In this document: in pieces, positions 1 to 13,521 of the stretch
Layout: each line of letters begins with the position of its first letter
Numbering within the stretch: position 1 is the stretch's first letter
Assembly (NCBI GenBank): GCA_965113315.1
Contig: OZ220374.1
Origin: Podarcis vaucheri
Lineage: Eukaryota
DNA: 64,000 nt
Reading direction: 5' to 3' (one strand)
Notes under the pieces: model-generated
Seen by the model: only the letters and a program-made list of their open reading frames with translations
What the model was told of the DNA's origin: nothing
The model's database searches: none
Program-made: the position numbers and the translations under genes

Positions 1-291
1 AGAATATGCTGAAAAGTAGTTATGGTCTGTAGGATCTTAAGCCTTACTGGTTCCCCTGACCCACAATAATTTAAACATGCTTTTGAGTGGGTGCAAACCA
101 CTATTCTCCCAATGGTAGGGGAAAACAGTAAAAAACAAAACCAATGGAAATAGAAAGGGGAACATATGATGTTTCTCTGTCCTCTTTGTTCCCCCCTGCG
201 AGTGAGACTGAACAGAATGCCTAGGCAGGCAGCATTTATTGACAGAAAAGAAAAGAACATGTCATTCACGAAGTGCTAGAAATCCAGCTTG

Positions 292-550
292 CATATATAT
301 ATATATATATATATATATGCTTTCGTAGATTTTCACGGGTACAGGAATGCAGGTTTTGGTGTCTTCGGGTGTCTTCCCGTGTAGGAAGGTTTCCTCCCCG
401 TAGAGGTGAGATATTTGCTTTCGTAGATTTTCACGGGTACAGGAATGCAGGTTTTGGTGTCTTCGGGTGTCTTCGGGTGTATTGTATTGTACAGGTTTTG
501 GTGTCTTCGGGTGTATTGTACACGGGAAGACACCCGAAGACACCAAAACC

Positions 551-598
<48 letters not shown>
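292..598 (-). mobile_element. Rearranged terminal repeat remnant (Penelope-like) embedded in (TA)n
   Basis: Direct repeats with a 98-bp period (319, 417), a perfect 37-bp inverted copy (347-383 vs 519-555), and (TA)n on both sides. Confidence 0.55.
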
Positions 599-603
<5 letters not shown>

Positions 604-1959
604 CATGCAGAAGTGTGAAAAAGCTTTTTGCCCTGACCCTTTTTATATTGCCTCTTCATGTCTAAAGATGAACAATCAATTGCTTTCCCACCAACTTGTT
701 AACAGGCATTAAATACGCATTTGAAGCCAGCTCTGTTAAGGCTTAGCAGCTAAGATAAAATGCTGAAAGTATTCAAAAGTGAGGGAAGGCAGAAGCAACT
801 TCTTCAACACATTATTCACAGAGGGACTCCCAAAGCAGATGAGCAGCTGCCGGTAGAGTTACTTTCCCCTTCAAGTTATAGGCCGTTGTTAAATGAATTA
901 AATAAACATGCCTACTGTTCTTCCGCTTTGTCAAAAATTTTATATAGTCCAAGTTTGCAATTCCTAAAACACTTTCTCCACTTGCCAATAGCATCACAAT
1001 CCTATACGTATCTACTCAGAAGTAAGTTTCGAGTACATCCAGGTAGGGGACTTCTCTCTGGAACCCCAAAAGACTGCAGCCAATATGTGCAGGCAATAGT
1101 TAACTAAACAGACCTGGTAGGTTCTGAATCAGTATTAGGCCGTTTCCTAAGTTTACTGAGTCTAATGGGGCCTACTCTCAGGAGAATGGGATCGTAGCCC
1201 AAGTAGTCTGAAGACCGTGGTGCAGGTTATATGGAATATAGTAGTTCAAATTCCTCCACTGAAGGAAATTACTATTCAGAAGGTAATAATAATCTGTGGA
1301 AAGGTCAGCTTTTGGCAAAGGGATTCTCTCTTGACTGACCGCTTTGGGGTGGGGGCTAAAGTTGGTCTGCAGTGATATAAAAAGCCAATTCTTTCATGTG
1401 GTGTGGCTTGGTCTAGCCCCTGAGAGCAGTGGTAGAAGAGAATAGGGAGCCTTCTACCAGCTACAATACATCCGTCATTCTTTTGTGCTCTGTGTCTGTC
1501 TGTTGAGGAAGTGGTTTGTCCTTCACTCATTTGTGCTGCAGTAGTGATCGCAGTAAGAGCTGGCACAGTTGACACAGAGCCAGGAGGAGGCAAAAGCAAG
1601 CAAAACATCAGAGGGTCTTGATGTTTGTGCACAGAGGTAGGTTCCCTCTGTGATCATTTGATGACACTGGAGCTTTTGGGGTGTTAGCATCTCCAGCAAG
1701 ATAAGAAAAACTAAACACACCTGAATGGTGGTGTGGCCAAACAATGGTGACCACCAACTGGATTTTATTACACACACACACACACACACAACCTATGTAG
1801 TACAGGGTGCAGCTTTCCTTGACCACTTTCATACCAGGCTTTCAAAAGCTTCATAACACTAGAACTTGACAATGGTAGTACTCCCCGTTAGGCCCCTGCT
1901 CCAGCTTCAACAAGTGATAAGGCCAGATGGTCCCCCTGCTTCAAAGAAAGACCTGGTGG

Positions 1960-2175
1960 CCGTAATCCATCAGCTCACTACTAAACAAACTATTTCCTAG
2001 AAGCCTGAGCAGGTTCAAAACTCAGTGGTCCACCTCCTTATGAGGATGGGTCACCAACGTTGCATTAGACCAGTGCTCCAAAATCTGCACTGGCTTCTTA
2101 CTAACTTGTGGGAACAATTCAGTTTCCTGTTTCTAACAGATAATGCATTGGGCCTGCTCAGCATCTCTCCTCCCT
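1960..2175 (+). mobile_element. Old L2 fragment
   Basis: QVQNSVVHLL...CIRPVLQNLHWL resembles the L2 C-terminal motif seen intact at ~19590-19680. Confidence 0.65.
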
Positions 2176-2939
2176 TAGGCTTTCTAAGATCAATAGTGTT
2201 TGCTCTCCTTAAGTACCAAATGTGCACCCGATCAGGAACGCCTGGAGAAGTAGAGAAGTATCCTTGTTGACTACCCCACAAATATCATGCCAAATCCGCC
2301 AGAAGCTTGCAAAATCATAACTGTTTCTCCCATCTCCACCCCGCTCTAAAACTACTGTAAAATATTTTAATCTGGACTGTCCAAGAGGGGCTTGGAATGA
2401 GCCAGTGGCATTTGTATAATCTGTTGTAGCCTTTGTAATATTGCATTTGAGCAACTAAAATGTAAGCTGTATGTTACATATTACTGCCCCACCTGTCATC
2501 TTTTGGGTGAAGTACACACAGCTTATTATGGGCTTAAGTATCTTTCTGTGGATTAATTATTATTATAATAATTAATGATACTTTCAAAAATGAAACAGAA
2601 TGACACTGGGCTGTTAAGGAAAGGTGTGCCCTCATAATCATCACCCAGGCAGCGTTCCTCACTTTAAGTTGTATTTGTTGTTAAAGAATCATTTGTGATC
2701 ACAGTAAAAGAAACACAGCAAGATTTGTAGCAATTTCCCTTAAAACTGTCTGGGTGTAGGGGAACAGTCCTACAGGTTTGGGATATTTTGCTGAAGGGGG
2801 CGGTGGGAAAGACAGTCTATTTCCAAGTCTACTTTCCAAGAACTTTGCTTGCACACCAGCTAGTATTGCGCTCCGATTAAGAAAAATAAAGGAGGCGTTT
2901 TAAAAGCCCGTCTCTGGTATGCAGTTTGCGGTGATAATT

Positions 2940-5900
2940 AAGCAGAAAAAGAACCAACAACACGGAAGCGATTGGACGCGCGCTGCCATTCTACAAAATC
3001 AAATCTAAGAGCGGAAAAAAAGAACCACCCAAGTGCTGTTGCTCGAAAGGAGCCTAATAACTCCCCAGCCCAGGTCGCGAAGTAGTGCCGCGCAGCGCCA
3101 AAAACGCGCGTGGAAAGCTCCCGCAAGCAAGTGGGGGAAAACTCCTTCTCCCCCACCCATTCTAAGCAAAGTAACAGCCGGCTGCTGCGGTAGGTTTCAA
3201 AGGCGCGCCAGCATGTGCGCTTCTGGTCTGCCCGGCAACACACACACCTTCTTCCATCGCCGTGTGTTGGAACTTTCTGTCTCTCTGCCTGCCTCGCCAC
3301 CCAAGTCTCCGCGATCGGGAAAGGCTGTTCGGCTCCTCGTCCGCCCCGGGCCCGTAGGGAGGAGGCGGTTTTGTTTTGAGCCGGTGGGGGGAGGAGGAAA
3401 AGGATGGAGAACCCGTCCCTTTCTCTCCCATCTCCTCCGAGCTTAAAATATTGATCACCTTTGTTAGATCCCTTTTCGGAAACTGCCCTGCTCGCTCATC
3501 CTCCCTGCCGCCTCCCCCACCCGCACCAGCCCCGCATCTTCCTTTCCCGGGGTTTGAAGTGAGCACCAGCTGACAGCCAAGCATGTGGTGTATAAATATT
3601 GAAATAAACGAGCGGAATGCGGGGGGGGGGGCGAGGGAGGGAGAGAGAAGGGAGGGGGTGATCTACGGAAAGTGGGGGGAAGAGGGAAAGGAGAAGAAGA
3701 TAAAGGGGGACAGAGCAGCCCTTCGTGCGCCTGCTGTTCCTGCGTGGGGCGCTGCTCTCCGGCGGTGGGGTGTGTGCGGGAAGCAGGATTTAGGAAAGGG
3801 GGGAGAGAAAAGAGGTGGTGGAGGAAGGGAAGATAATAGCATTTAAAACAACAACAACAAAACAACAACAACAACTGCACAATCCCAACAACAGTGACTG
3901 ATTAGCTCCTACCCGTCGCACAGGGACTGGGAGGGGATTGTGTGTGTGTCTCACCTGACTTCCTCCTTCCCCGGGGCGGCGAGGGAGGCAGAGAGAGGCA
4001 GGCGCGCACACAGCCAGCCAAGCGAGCCAGCCACTCTTCCTTTCCAAAAGCAGAAGCATTCTCGCCCACCCTCGGGGGAAAAAAGAGGGAGAGAAAGAAA
4101 TAGCCCTGAGGGAAAGCGAGGAGAAGGGGGAACGGCAGGCGGAAGTAGGCAAGGAAGAGAGAGAGAGACAGAAGGGAGAAGTAAATAAAGCAGTCGGCGG
4201 CCAAGCTCCGACCCGCTTCGCCTTTTGCTCCGTGGAACCCGCGGGCAGCTTCTCCCCTCGCGCCAACCCCGAGAGCGGCGGCGGCGGCAGCAGCAGCAGC
4301 GGAACAGCAGCAAGCGGCGGCGGCGGCAGCAGCTTCACCTCGGCTCCTGCACCGACGTGGGCCAGCCTCCGCAAGGGGGAGAGCCAGCGAGCGCAGACGG
4401 CCCCGGCCGAGCCTCTCGCGCCTCCGAAGCTTCTTCGCTCGAGCAGGAGGAGGAGAAGCGGGGAGGAGAGGAAAACAACCACAACAACCACCACAAGAGA
4501 GAGGGGGGGGGGAGAGAAGAGAGACGCGTCTCCGCGGACTGGGCTGAGAACTGCGCGTAAAGCAAGAGCCCCGCGGGTTTTTTGGACACTTCGCTCGCCC
4601 GGCTGCCTGGCGGGAGAGTGCCCAAAGCAGGCGGGCGCCGCCTTCTCGTCGTCGTCGTCGTCGTCTTCCTCCTCGCCAAGCAGTTCAAGAGTGAAGGGGG
4701 GAGGGCGAGTGCTTGTGTGCGTGTGTGTTTGTGTGTCTGCATGTGTCTATATATGCGGTGTCTGTGTGTGTCTGCGCGCGCCCCCTCCTCCTCCACCACC
4801 ACCACGACGTCGTCGTCCTCCTCCTCCTCCTCCTCTCCGCTCGCGCTCCTTCCTTTAAACGCCCACTCCCGATGGGTGAAAAGACAACTTGAAGTTCAGT
4901 GCAATTAACTTCGCCGGCGCCTGGGAAGCTGAAGGTGTCGCCCAGCCTCGCCCGCCCTCTCGCTGCGCTCTCATGAGTGAGTTTCCCGTCTTCCTTCCTT
5001 TTCGCCTCGGCCGCGCGCGCTCGCTCGCTTACAGAAAGCCCAAGTTTTCATTCTAAGGGGGGACTTGGAATTCGGTGTGGGAATGGATTTGGAAAAGCAG
5101 GATTTTGTTGTTCTGGGTGGCTTTTCATTTAACCGCAGCCGAGTTCCTGGTAGGGGAGACGCTCTCCGTCTAAGAATTCCTTTTTACACTCGTCCTGATT
5201 CATCGGGGGGGAGCGAGTGGCTTCCACCTCGCGCGCACGGACACCTGCTTTATTCACACGCGCGCACACACACACATAGGGGCGGGCGGGCGGGCGCGCG
5301 CCTGCCTGCCTGCCTTTTCCGAGTCAAGAAGTTGCTGGCGAGGGTCGCTGGGAAGTTTGCCTCAACTTCTTGAACCCTCGACCCGGAGTTTTGCCTCAGT
5401 TCAGCAGAAGTTTACATTTCTGCGGCCCGGGGATGCCTGCCAGGGGGGATGCTCGAGGGAGCAGCAGGAGGTGGTGGGGAAAGTCAGCCGCGCAGGAGAG
5501 GGGTGTGCGCGCGCGAAAGGGCGGCGGCGCACTCTGCTCCGCCGCCGCCGCCGCCGCGTGGAAGTGAGGGAGTTTTAAAAGGGCTTCGTCCCGAGCTGCT
5601 GCTAGGAGCGGAAGGAGAGCAGGAAGGTGCCGGACCGGGAAGAGGTCAGCTGGAGGTTCGTCTTGGCGGGAAGGGCTAAAGTTCTCGTGAGGGGCGGCGG
5701 CGGCGGGTGGGTGGTGGGTCCACTGGCCTGCCGGTGACCTTTGGAGGCGGAGGCGGCTCCCCACACAGGTGTACTTTCTCTCTCTCCACGTGAGGTCCTC
5801 CTCTTTCCCCTGGCAGAATCCTGCTCTTTTTCTTTTAAAGAACTGGGTGGTCCCTGAAACGGCAACCAAGGAGCCCAAGAGGAAATGTAATTTCATTTTT

Positions 5901-6270
5901 GGTATTAACCCATAAGGGAAGCTTGCGCTGGGAAATCTCGGAAGGGGGCCAGCTGGAGCGCCTCACCTTGCGCCAAAAGTCGCCCCGTCCGGGTCCTTTC
6001 CTGCCACCCCATTCCCACCCCCCATCCCCTCGCTCGCAAAGCACCAGTTGGTCACACGGAACCATAGTCACTCGAGGCATATATTATTAAGTTGTATCAT
6101 AGTAATTAGGTGTTCTTTTAAAGTCCGAGCCAGAATTCGGTTTGCTCGCTTGAGCTCCCTATCTCTCGAGATCTGCCTCTGAAAAGCTTTGGCAGTGACA
6201 GCTTAAAACTTGTGCCTGAGCTGAAGTTTCTGTGGCGGAGAGATCCCGTGGCTTCTTTTCGAAGGCAGTT
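2940..6270. promoter_or_regulatory. CpG island, probable distal SATB1 promoter (likely bidirectional)
   Basis: Very GC- and CpG-rich against an AT-rich background; GC boxes, GGC/CAG/CGT/CCG triplet runs, CGGAAG next to ATTGG at ~2963-2975, candidate sense donor TGA|gtgagt at 4977. Mammalian SATB1 has a distal alternative promoter. Confidence 0.75.
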
Positions 6271-6460
6271 TCAGCCTAAGTTTCATTCAGGTTAGTAGTT
6301 CTAAAGTTAATTTGCTGGGCAGAGAGAGCATCCTTAACTTCAGAGTAAAGAACACCAAGGTGAAAGCACATGGTGCATTAACCGACCGAAGGAGATGATT
6401 CAGAAGCCAACCTTTATTTCTCCTGAGCATTAGTTTGGTCTAGTACCTTCATATACTTGT

Positions 6461-6624
6461 NNNNNNNNNNNNNNNNNNNNNNNNNNNNNNNNNNNNNNNN
6501 NNNNNNNNNNNNNNNNNNNNNNNNNNNNNNNNNNNNNNNNNNNNNNNNNNNNNNNNNNNNNNNNNNNNNNNNNNNNNNNNNNNNNNNNNNNNNNNNNNNN
6601 NNNNNNNNNNNNNNNNNNNNNNNN
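6461..6624. other. N run (others at 11709-11922, 12064-12275, 38582-38745, 60853-60992)
   Basis: Directly visible. Confidence 1.
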
Positions 6625-9600
6625 TACAATATGTGCAAAATTGCAACTTTAGTTGGCAAAAGGAATTGACTGGATATTTTCCCTCCCGCTGTGTCTTCCA
6701 GAGTGTTTGAAACAATCGCTAGATATGAGGATCTTAATTTGGGCCATTGTTTTGAATAGAAAATGTGGGGAGCAATTCATGTTCCGCAGATGCATGAATA
6801 TAGCTTAATAAGCTTAGGCATGTTATAAAACTTGGTTTTCTAATCTGTTCTGACACTTAGTTGTGTTTCAAATACATCAGTTGTCATTTAGAAACAACAG
6901 CACATACGCAGAATGTGAAAAATGCAGATACACAAGAAAGCATTCTGTGTTTGCATACTTAGATATATAAAGTGTGTCACATTATGTAAAGTCATTATTT
7001 GCAGTTGTTTCTTCCCCTTGCCTCAGATAACTAATGAACAAAAAATTATTCCAAAGTATGTTCCAAATATACTAATAAAAAAGGTAGCAAATACATCCAA
7101 AGCCATAACATTCCTTTTGTTTTCCCCAGGGGTTAAAAATAATTATTTGTGTTAAAATAAGTATATTCAAGCCAAAGCATGTAAATCAAATGTGCCCAGT
7201 TCATGGGGCCTAAAAAGGAACTTTCTGTTTTCATATGCTTAACTATTGATCTTTTAAATTGCATAGTAATTCCTTAGAGGGTTTCTCTTGTATCTCCTAA
7301 CGAGAAAAGGAAGTTCAGGATCCTTACGTACATTATGGTAGAATCATCCCTGTATGCAGTGAGGGTACATTAATCTGATGGAGAAAACGCGCCACATTAT
7401 TCAAATGCTGAATTGGAATCTGACACAGAGAAAAGGTTTTTGGCACGCCAGGTTATGACTTGTGTTATAGGCCCATGAGGTCAGCTGACAAGCACCTGTT
7501 CTGTATCAGAAATCTTATCATTACAAATATTGCTAAGCGAAGCACTACCTGCACAGTGTTGCAGGTATGCCTGTAATGCAAAATCCCTAATGACAGGTGG
7601 AATCTACAGCCCTTGTATAACTTGTACAGAGAAATCATTAAATATGTATAATTTCATTTTTGGAATGCTTCAAAGTGCATTCAGAAAAGCTAACTATATT
7701 AAGTGTTCCAATTTCTAGAAAAGGCACGGTTTTGCCAGATTTCTAAAATAAGAAATAAATAGAAGAGCACAAGATCATGGCATATTTCTTTTATTTAACA
7801 TTATGTGTGAGGAAGAACTTGGGTTGGTTTCTCAGTGTGACTAATATATACCGTAGCAAAGAACTTGTAACTTATCAGTGTTAGAAACTATTACAGAAGG
7901 CTATATTCTAAGATTGACTAGTCTTATGTTGAAAATATATCTGTTTTTAGGGACACTGAGCTACAGCTGCTACTAATTTTATAAATACATATTTGCTGAC
8001 ATCTTAATTAAACATTAGAGTTAAACATAAAATAAAATTCCTTCTTCTTGTTAGTAGATACAGTGCGTGTTTTACAAGCTCCATTACGTCTTGATTCTTC
8101 CATATTTCTAAATGTCTGCTGAAATATTTCACATTTCTAACTGCCATCATCACATTTTAAAGCATCAATCCTTTTCAGGGTTGACGGAATACTTCTGTGG
8201 TTAAGACACAAGCCTCAAGTCTTTAGCTACCTGGGCAGCTGGGAGATTTCCCCTTTTGAGCTCAGCTATGGAACAGAATGGATAGTTTTATTGGCATTTC
8301 TGAAGTCAAGTACATTAATGTTCATTAATGCTACCTGTCTAGAACACAAGGGTGTATCTTCTGCCAAAAGCCCCTTATGCTGTAATGGGTATGAGACTTC
8401 AATAATCTGCTTCCTTTCTGGAATCAACACTTTTGACTTAAAGTCACAATATACCTACTTTTTATTTGCATTGCGTTAAGCTGAAAGAACAGGAAAGGAA
8501 AAATATTACTTACTTTCCAGGGGTAAATACCAGTTTATAAGTGAGTGCATGTATTTATATCCCTGTCGCCACTAAATAATGACTCCCGATTCCATTTTAA
8601 TATCAACCTGGCAGTATTATCCATGGTAACTGAGTCTTCCTTGTTAGCATATGGGAGGGAAAGTTTTATCATTTAGGCCAGGGGCAACTTAAAGGAAAAC
8701 TCCATGCTGCTTTCTGAGGCATGCTGGTGCCGATTTTAAAGAAGCAGTATCTAGTTTTATACGGTAAACACAGGATAAAATGCTGTTTCTGAAAAGTAAT
8801 ATGCATAGCAAGCTGCACAGAGCATCCATTTGAGCTGTTGACTATAAGGGCAGAAGCATATTATTAATAACTGAAAGCACATATGTGTATGTGAGGGAAA
8901 ATGTTCTGCAAATCTGTCACTACGCAGTCTAGTGCATTTTAAAGAGCTTCACTCACAACAAAGTCATTCTCGTTTACAAAAGATACTTACAAATTTGATT
9001 GCTAAAGAAGTTAAAAGTGCACGCTTTAACTTTATTTAAGAACTTAACGTGTTCAGAATTTGTGAAATAAAGTTCAATAAGGTGTAAAGCCCTTTTAGCC
9101 GTTATACCTTTAAGTGAATTATGATGTGGTATTAACTTATCTGAGAGTAAGCCCCATTGAATTCAGTAGGACTTACCACTGAGGAAATATGGCTACATTT
9201 GCAGCCTAATTCACAGACTCCTATACAGAGAATACAGCAGTGGTCACTTTTTCAGGGTTTTCTAAGAAGTGCTATTAACTTGCAAACTCGCCACAGTTCC
9301 TTCCTAAATAGACTGCAGGATATCTGCTAAAGTATTTACTGACTTCTGCAGGGTGGCTGCCTACCAACATCTACTTTCACATCAGTGGGTAGCAGTTATT
9401 TTTTTCCATGAATACTAACCATAGCTAGGCTTCTAAATGGCACATAAGTTGAGACTAGTGTTACCAAACTCAGCTATGCCAAAACAATATTTTTAGAGTA
9501 CTGCACAAAGTTGAATCAGGAGTAATTCTATGGACACAAGTCAGGTTAAATTCTAGAAAACCTGAGATCAGAAATAAAACCTGAAGAAGTTAGGTGTAAC

Positions 9601-12600
9601 ACACATAATGTAGCATGTGCGACTGTGGCATACGTACACCTTACTGTTAATTTCCGTTTTGCTGTTGTTGACTTAAGTGTTATATCTGACTAAGACACAG
9701 TAGACCAATAGACTTAAGTTAGTTACGATTTTAAACGTGTCAACTCTGTGTATGACTTAATGAAACCACACTTTTCTAAGGTAGAGTTCAACTGCAATCC
9801 TTAAGAGTGAATTCTGCTGACCTTAACAGGAAATTCTTTCTGAGCAGGCATGCGTCAGATTGTGTTGTAAATGAGTTGACTCTGAATATAAGTTCACGGT
9901 AAGATACGGTAGCATTCACATTGCCAAGGTCTATTTTTATCACTTTATGCAAAATATAGGTTTTCTTAAAGCTGTCTCCAATCTGCACTAGTAAACTATG
10001 GATTATCAAACGTATGTAGACTGATTCCCACCAGATTCCGTTCCTATAGAACACAGTGCACAGCCAATAAGATGGAGTCGTGCTACTCCAAATGTTCCTT
10101 TTAAATTAATAATAATAATTTAGGGAATAACGTGTCCTTAAGAACTATACATTCGAAGCTCAGATCTTCCCCTGGCATTTGAAGCCTTGGCCCGTATCAC
10201 TCTGACTGGTGTTCTTTTATTTTATTATAACTCTTTATTTCAGCGCACTCTATAGATTTCACACCTTTATCAATATTTTTGTAGTTCTGTTAAAGGACTG
10301 GATACTAAGCTCTTGAAGAAGTGATCTTGGATGCTCACCTATACAATTTATTTTCAGATAGGCTACATGCAACTCGTAAAACAGGTTTTGTGCATCCCTT
10401 GATTGGAACCTTTCCCGCAATGCATTCCTGGGGTCCATGGTAGCACTAGGGACAAAATATATTGCTAGACTTGGTTTCACAGGTGGGCTTGAGGCATACC
10501 TGCATACACTTTATCTGGAAAATGTTCAGATATTTCTGGGGTGAATGGCACTGCCGTATAATGGCAAAACATTGTGGCTATAATTATGTAAGGAGAAAAC
10601 CAAGGTGTAAAGAATTTCCTTGCAACTGAGAACCTTTTTCAGTGGTTAAAGTATGCAAAGGCTGTGTATTTATTATAATTTATGAAGATATCTGCTTGTT
10701 ACAACAAATTTCAGCTCATTAACAAAATAATTTTTAATTTTAATTTGGAAACCCTGAAAAATATAATCTTAAAACTGGTTGTATGGTGGTAGAAAATAGT
10801 TGGTGTCTTTGTTTAGCTGTAAAAGCATAAAGCCCCCCCCCCCCAAGCAATCAAACTCCAGCTTTCACGTTTTAAAAAATCAGTGCCATTTCTCAGGATA
10901 CACTGGCCTAATTCCCTTTCCTTATCAGTTTTATAGCTCTGACCCTACAAACCAGTCTGGCAGAGAAAATTTCAGACTGATAAGGTATCAGTGCTGTGTC
11001 ATGTGACCTGTGACATCATACTGGTATTGCAGGCCTAGACAAAACATGAATCAATGTGAGAAGGACTAATATGCTAGACTGATAAGTGGATAACATACCT
11101 ACTTCATGACGATTTTGGAAGTGTCCAGGTCCACAAAAGGCAGCTATGCCCATATGATCATACAAATCTAATACCTACAATTCGCGTGAGAGACAGCAAA
11201 GGTGTGAAGCTTCAATTGATGCTGCAGCTAAATCAGTGAAAGCCATTTGATAAGCTGTTGTCAACTAGACCTTCATACCATCATGGCTGACAGGGTGAGT
11301 GCATGGCTAGTACAATAAAGTTATTTGGATAGTGCCTTCCTAGAGCTCTCTGGGCACGATTCAAAGTGTGATCATCTTGTAACCATATGGTTTCATTTCC
11401 ACTGAACCTGTAATCTCATTAACCTGCTGTAGTTGAGCTACCCATTCGGTGATGGAAATGAGCTCTTGCATGATGTTTAATATAACCACTATGTTTCAAA
11501 ATGTACCTTAATAGTCCCAAATCTTCTTTTCTAGTGACCTTTAAATAAAAACAAAACAAAAGCCACAACACCATACCAGCAAAATGGGTTTAGTGTGCAT
11601 GTGTCTTATGTAGTTGTTAAATAAAGACATCAGACTATGTAGAAAAAGATTCCCCAAATTTGCCTGTTGTATTTTCAGGCTGTGTCTTTCACATATAGGT
11701 TCTGTCGCNNNNNNNNNNNNNNNNNNNNNNNNNNNNNNNNNNNNNNNNNNNNNNNNNNNNNNNNNNNNNNNNNNNNNNNNNNNNNNNNNNNNNNNNNNNN
11801 NNNNNNNNNNNNNNNNNNNNNNNNNNNNNNNNNNNNNNNNNNNNNNNNNNNNNNNNNNNNNNNNNNNNNNNNNNNNNNNNNNNNNNNNNNNNNNNNNNNN
11901 NNNNNNNNNNNNNNNNNNNNNNTAACCACTGGCCTTCTTTTTAAAATTAAAGAAAGTGGGAAACGCTAAGTCAGTTAATTGGCTAGTAGTCCATTGGGAC
12001 TTTAAACAGACTTGCCTTTTCTGCTTTTGGTCACGTGATTGGGAGAACTACATCAGTGATGTGNNNNNNNNNNNNNNNNNNNNNNNNNNNNNNNNNNNNN
12101 NNNNNNNNNNNNNNNNNNNNNNNNNNNNNNNNNNNNNNNNNNNNNNNNNNNNNNNNNNNNNNNNNNNNNNNNNNNNNNNNNNNNNNNNNNNNNNNNNNNN
12201 NNNNNNNNNNNNNNNNNNNNNNNNNNNNNNNNNNNNNNNNNNNNNNNNNNNNNNNNNNNNNNNNNNNNNNNNNNNCTTGTTTATTGTTGACATATTTTCC
12301 TTATGCCTCTGCTTCTCATCTCTGTGTCTCTTTCAAATATTCCTAATGTTTTTCCTCCCTTTCTTTTTAGTATGGAGAAGCTTACTTAACCTTATTATTA
12401 CAATAACAGAATAGCTTATTAATATTTAATATCCATGTGTGTTGACATTTTTTTTAAAAAAAAAGTTAGGTCACCTCTATTAAACGGCATGTCATTTTAT
12501 TGTTTGTTAATCCTTGTGTTGCTTTTAAGAGTTTCTGAGATACTTTCTTCTTTTAGTGGCGATTTAGCTTGTAATATTTAAACACCTGTGTTAAGATACT

Positions 12601-13473
12601 TGAAGGGGGGGTGTAGAAAATAACTTATCAGTCATGGATAATCAGTTATGCATGAATTCAAATTTAACAGATGGACGTTGGGAGTTAAAAATTTCTCGTT
12701 TGGCTTCATGGGGGTTTTTTTCTGTTTGTGCGACACCTGTCTCTTATGTATAGATAAACATCTAACGTAGTTTACAGTCTTTCTTAAATCTTTGTGCATT
12801 TTTTTCCCTTGCGAAAATTCACTTCTCGCTGATTCTCTTTATGTTTAAGGAGCTCTTATACAGACTACAGTCACTTGTGAAAGCATGCTATTAGACTTCT
12901 CAGTTGCAGATATATGGCACGTCATGGTTCAAATGTATTAACCCAGTTCAGAAGTCCCTACGGCATTACAATTGAAGAAAGCCGACCTATGAATATGTGT
13001 GTATATTTTGCTGCAAACATATGTGCTTATGCAGTTTTGCATATTCAGGTTATTAATATAGATTATGAAGTGATACATAGATGAATAGAACTACATTCCA
13101 AAATGATAAACTGGAATATTGTCTAAGAATTTGATTTAACAGAAAATTTGGCTACCTATATTTCATGAGCCAATGGGCAGAGTTAACAACAGAGACTTGC
13201 TGTAGATTACTCTAGTTAGTCATGTAGGGCATTACATTTGAGAGAAGCATTTCTGTATAATGGCTAAACTCACACACTCAGGAATTCCAGAAAATTTCAG
13301 CCAAAGAACTGCATGATTCATTTAGAAACTTGCACAATTTTATATCTTCACCAAGTTAAGTGGTGTAGATATTGAATTAATCTTGGGTTAGGTGAAAGCT
13401 ATTATTGAACTTCAAGGAACCAGAGAAATAGAAAGTTGCACCTAAGGGTTTTGCTTTCAACAACAGCTTATTA

Positions 13474-13477
<4 letters not shown>

Positions 13478-13518
<41 letters not shown>
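13478..13518. repeat. (TA)n microsatellite
   Basis: Directly visible. Confidence 0.95.

Positions 13519-13521
<3 letters not shown>

Noticed and set aside
2938-6090. Many overlapping 100-234 aa ORFs on both strands in the distal CpG island
   Set aside because: Low-complexity translations of GC-rich triplet repeats, many apparently opened at non-ATG codons, with no recognisable domain.
6414-12414. ORFs containing long X runs
   Set aside because: Artefacts of translating through N runs.
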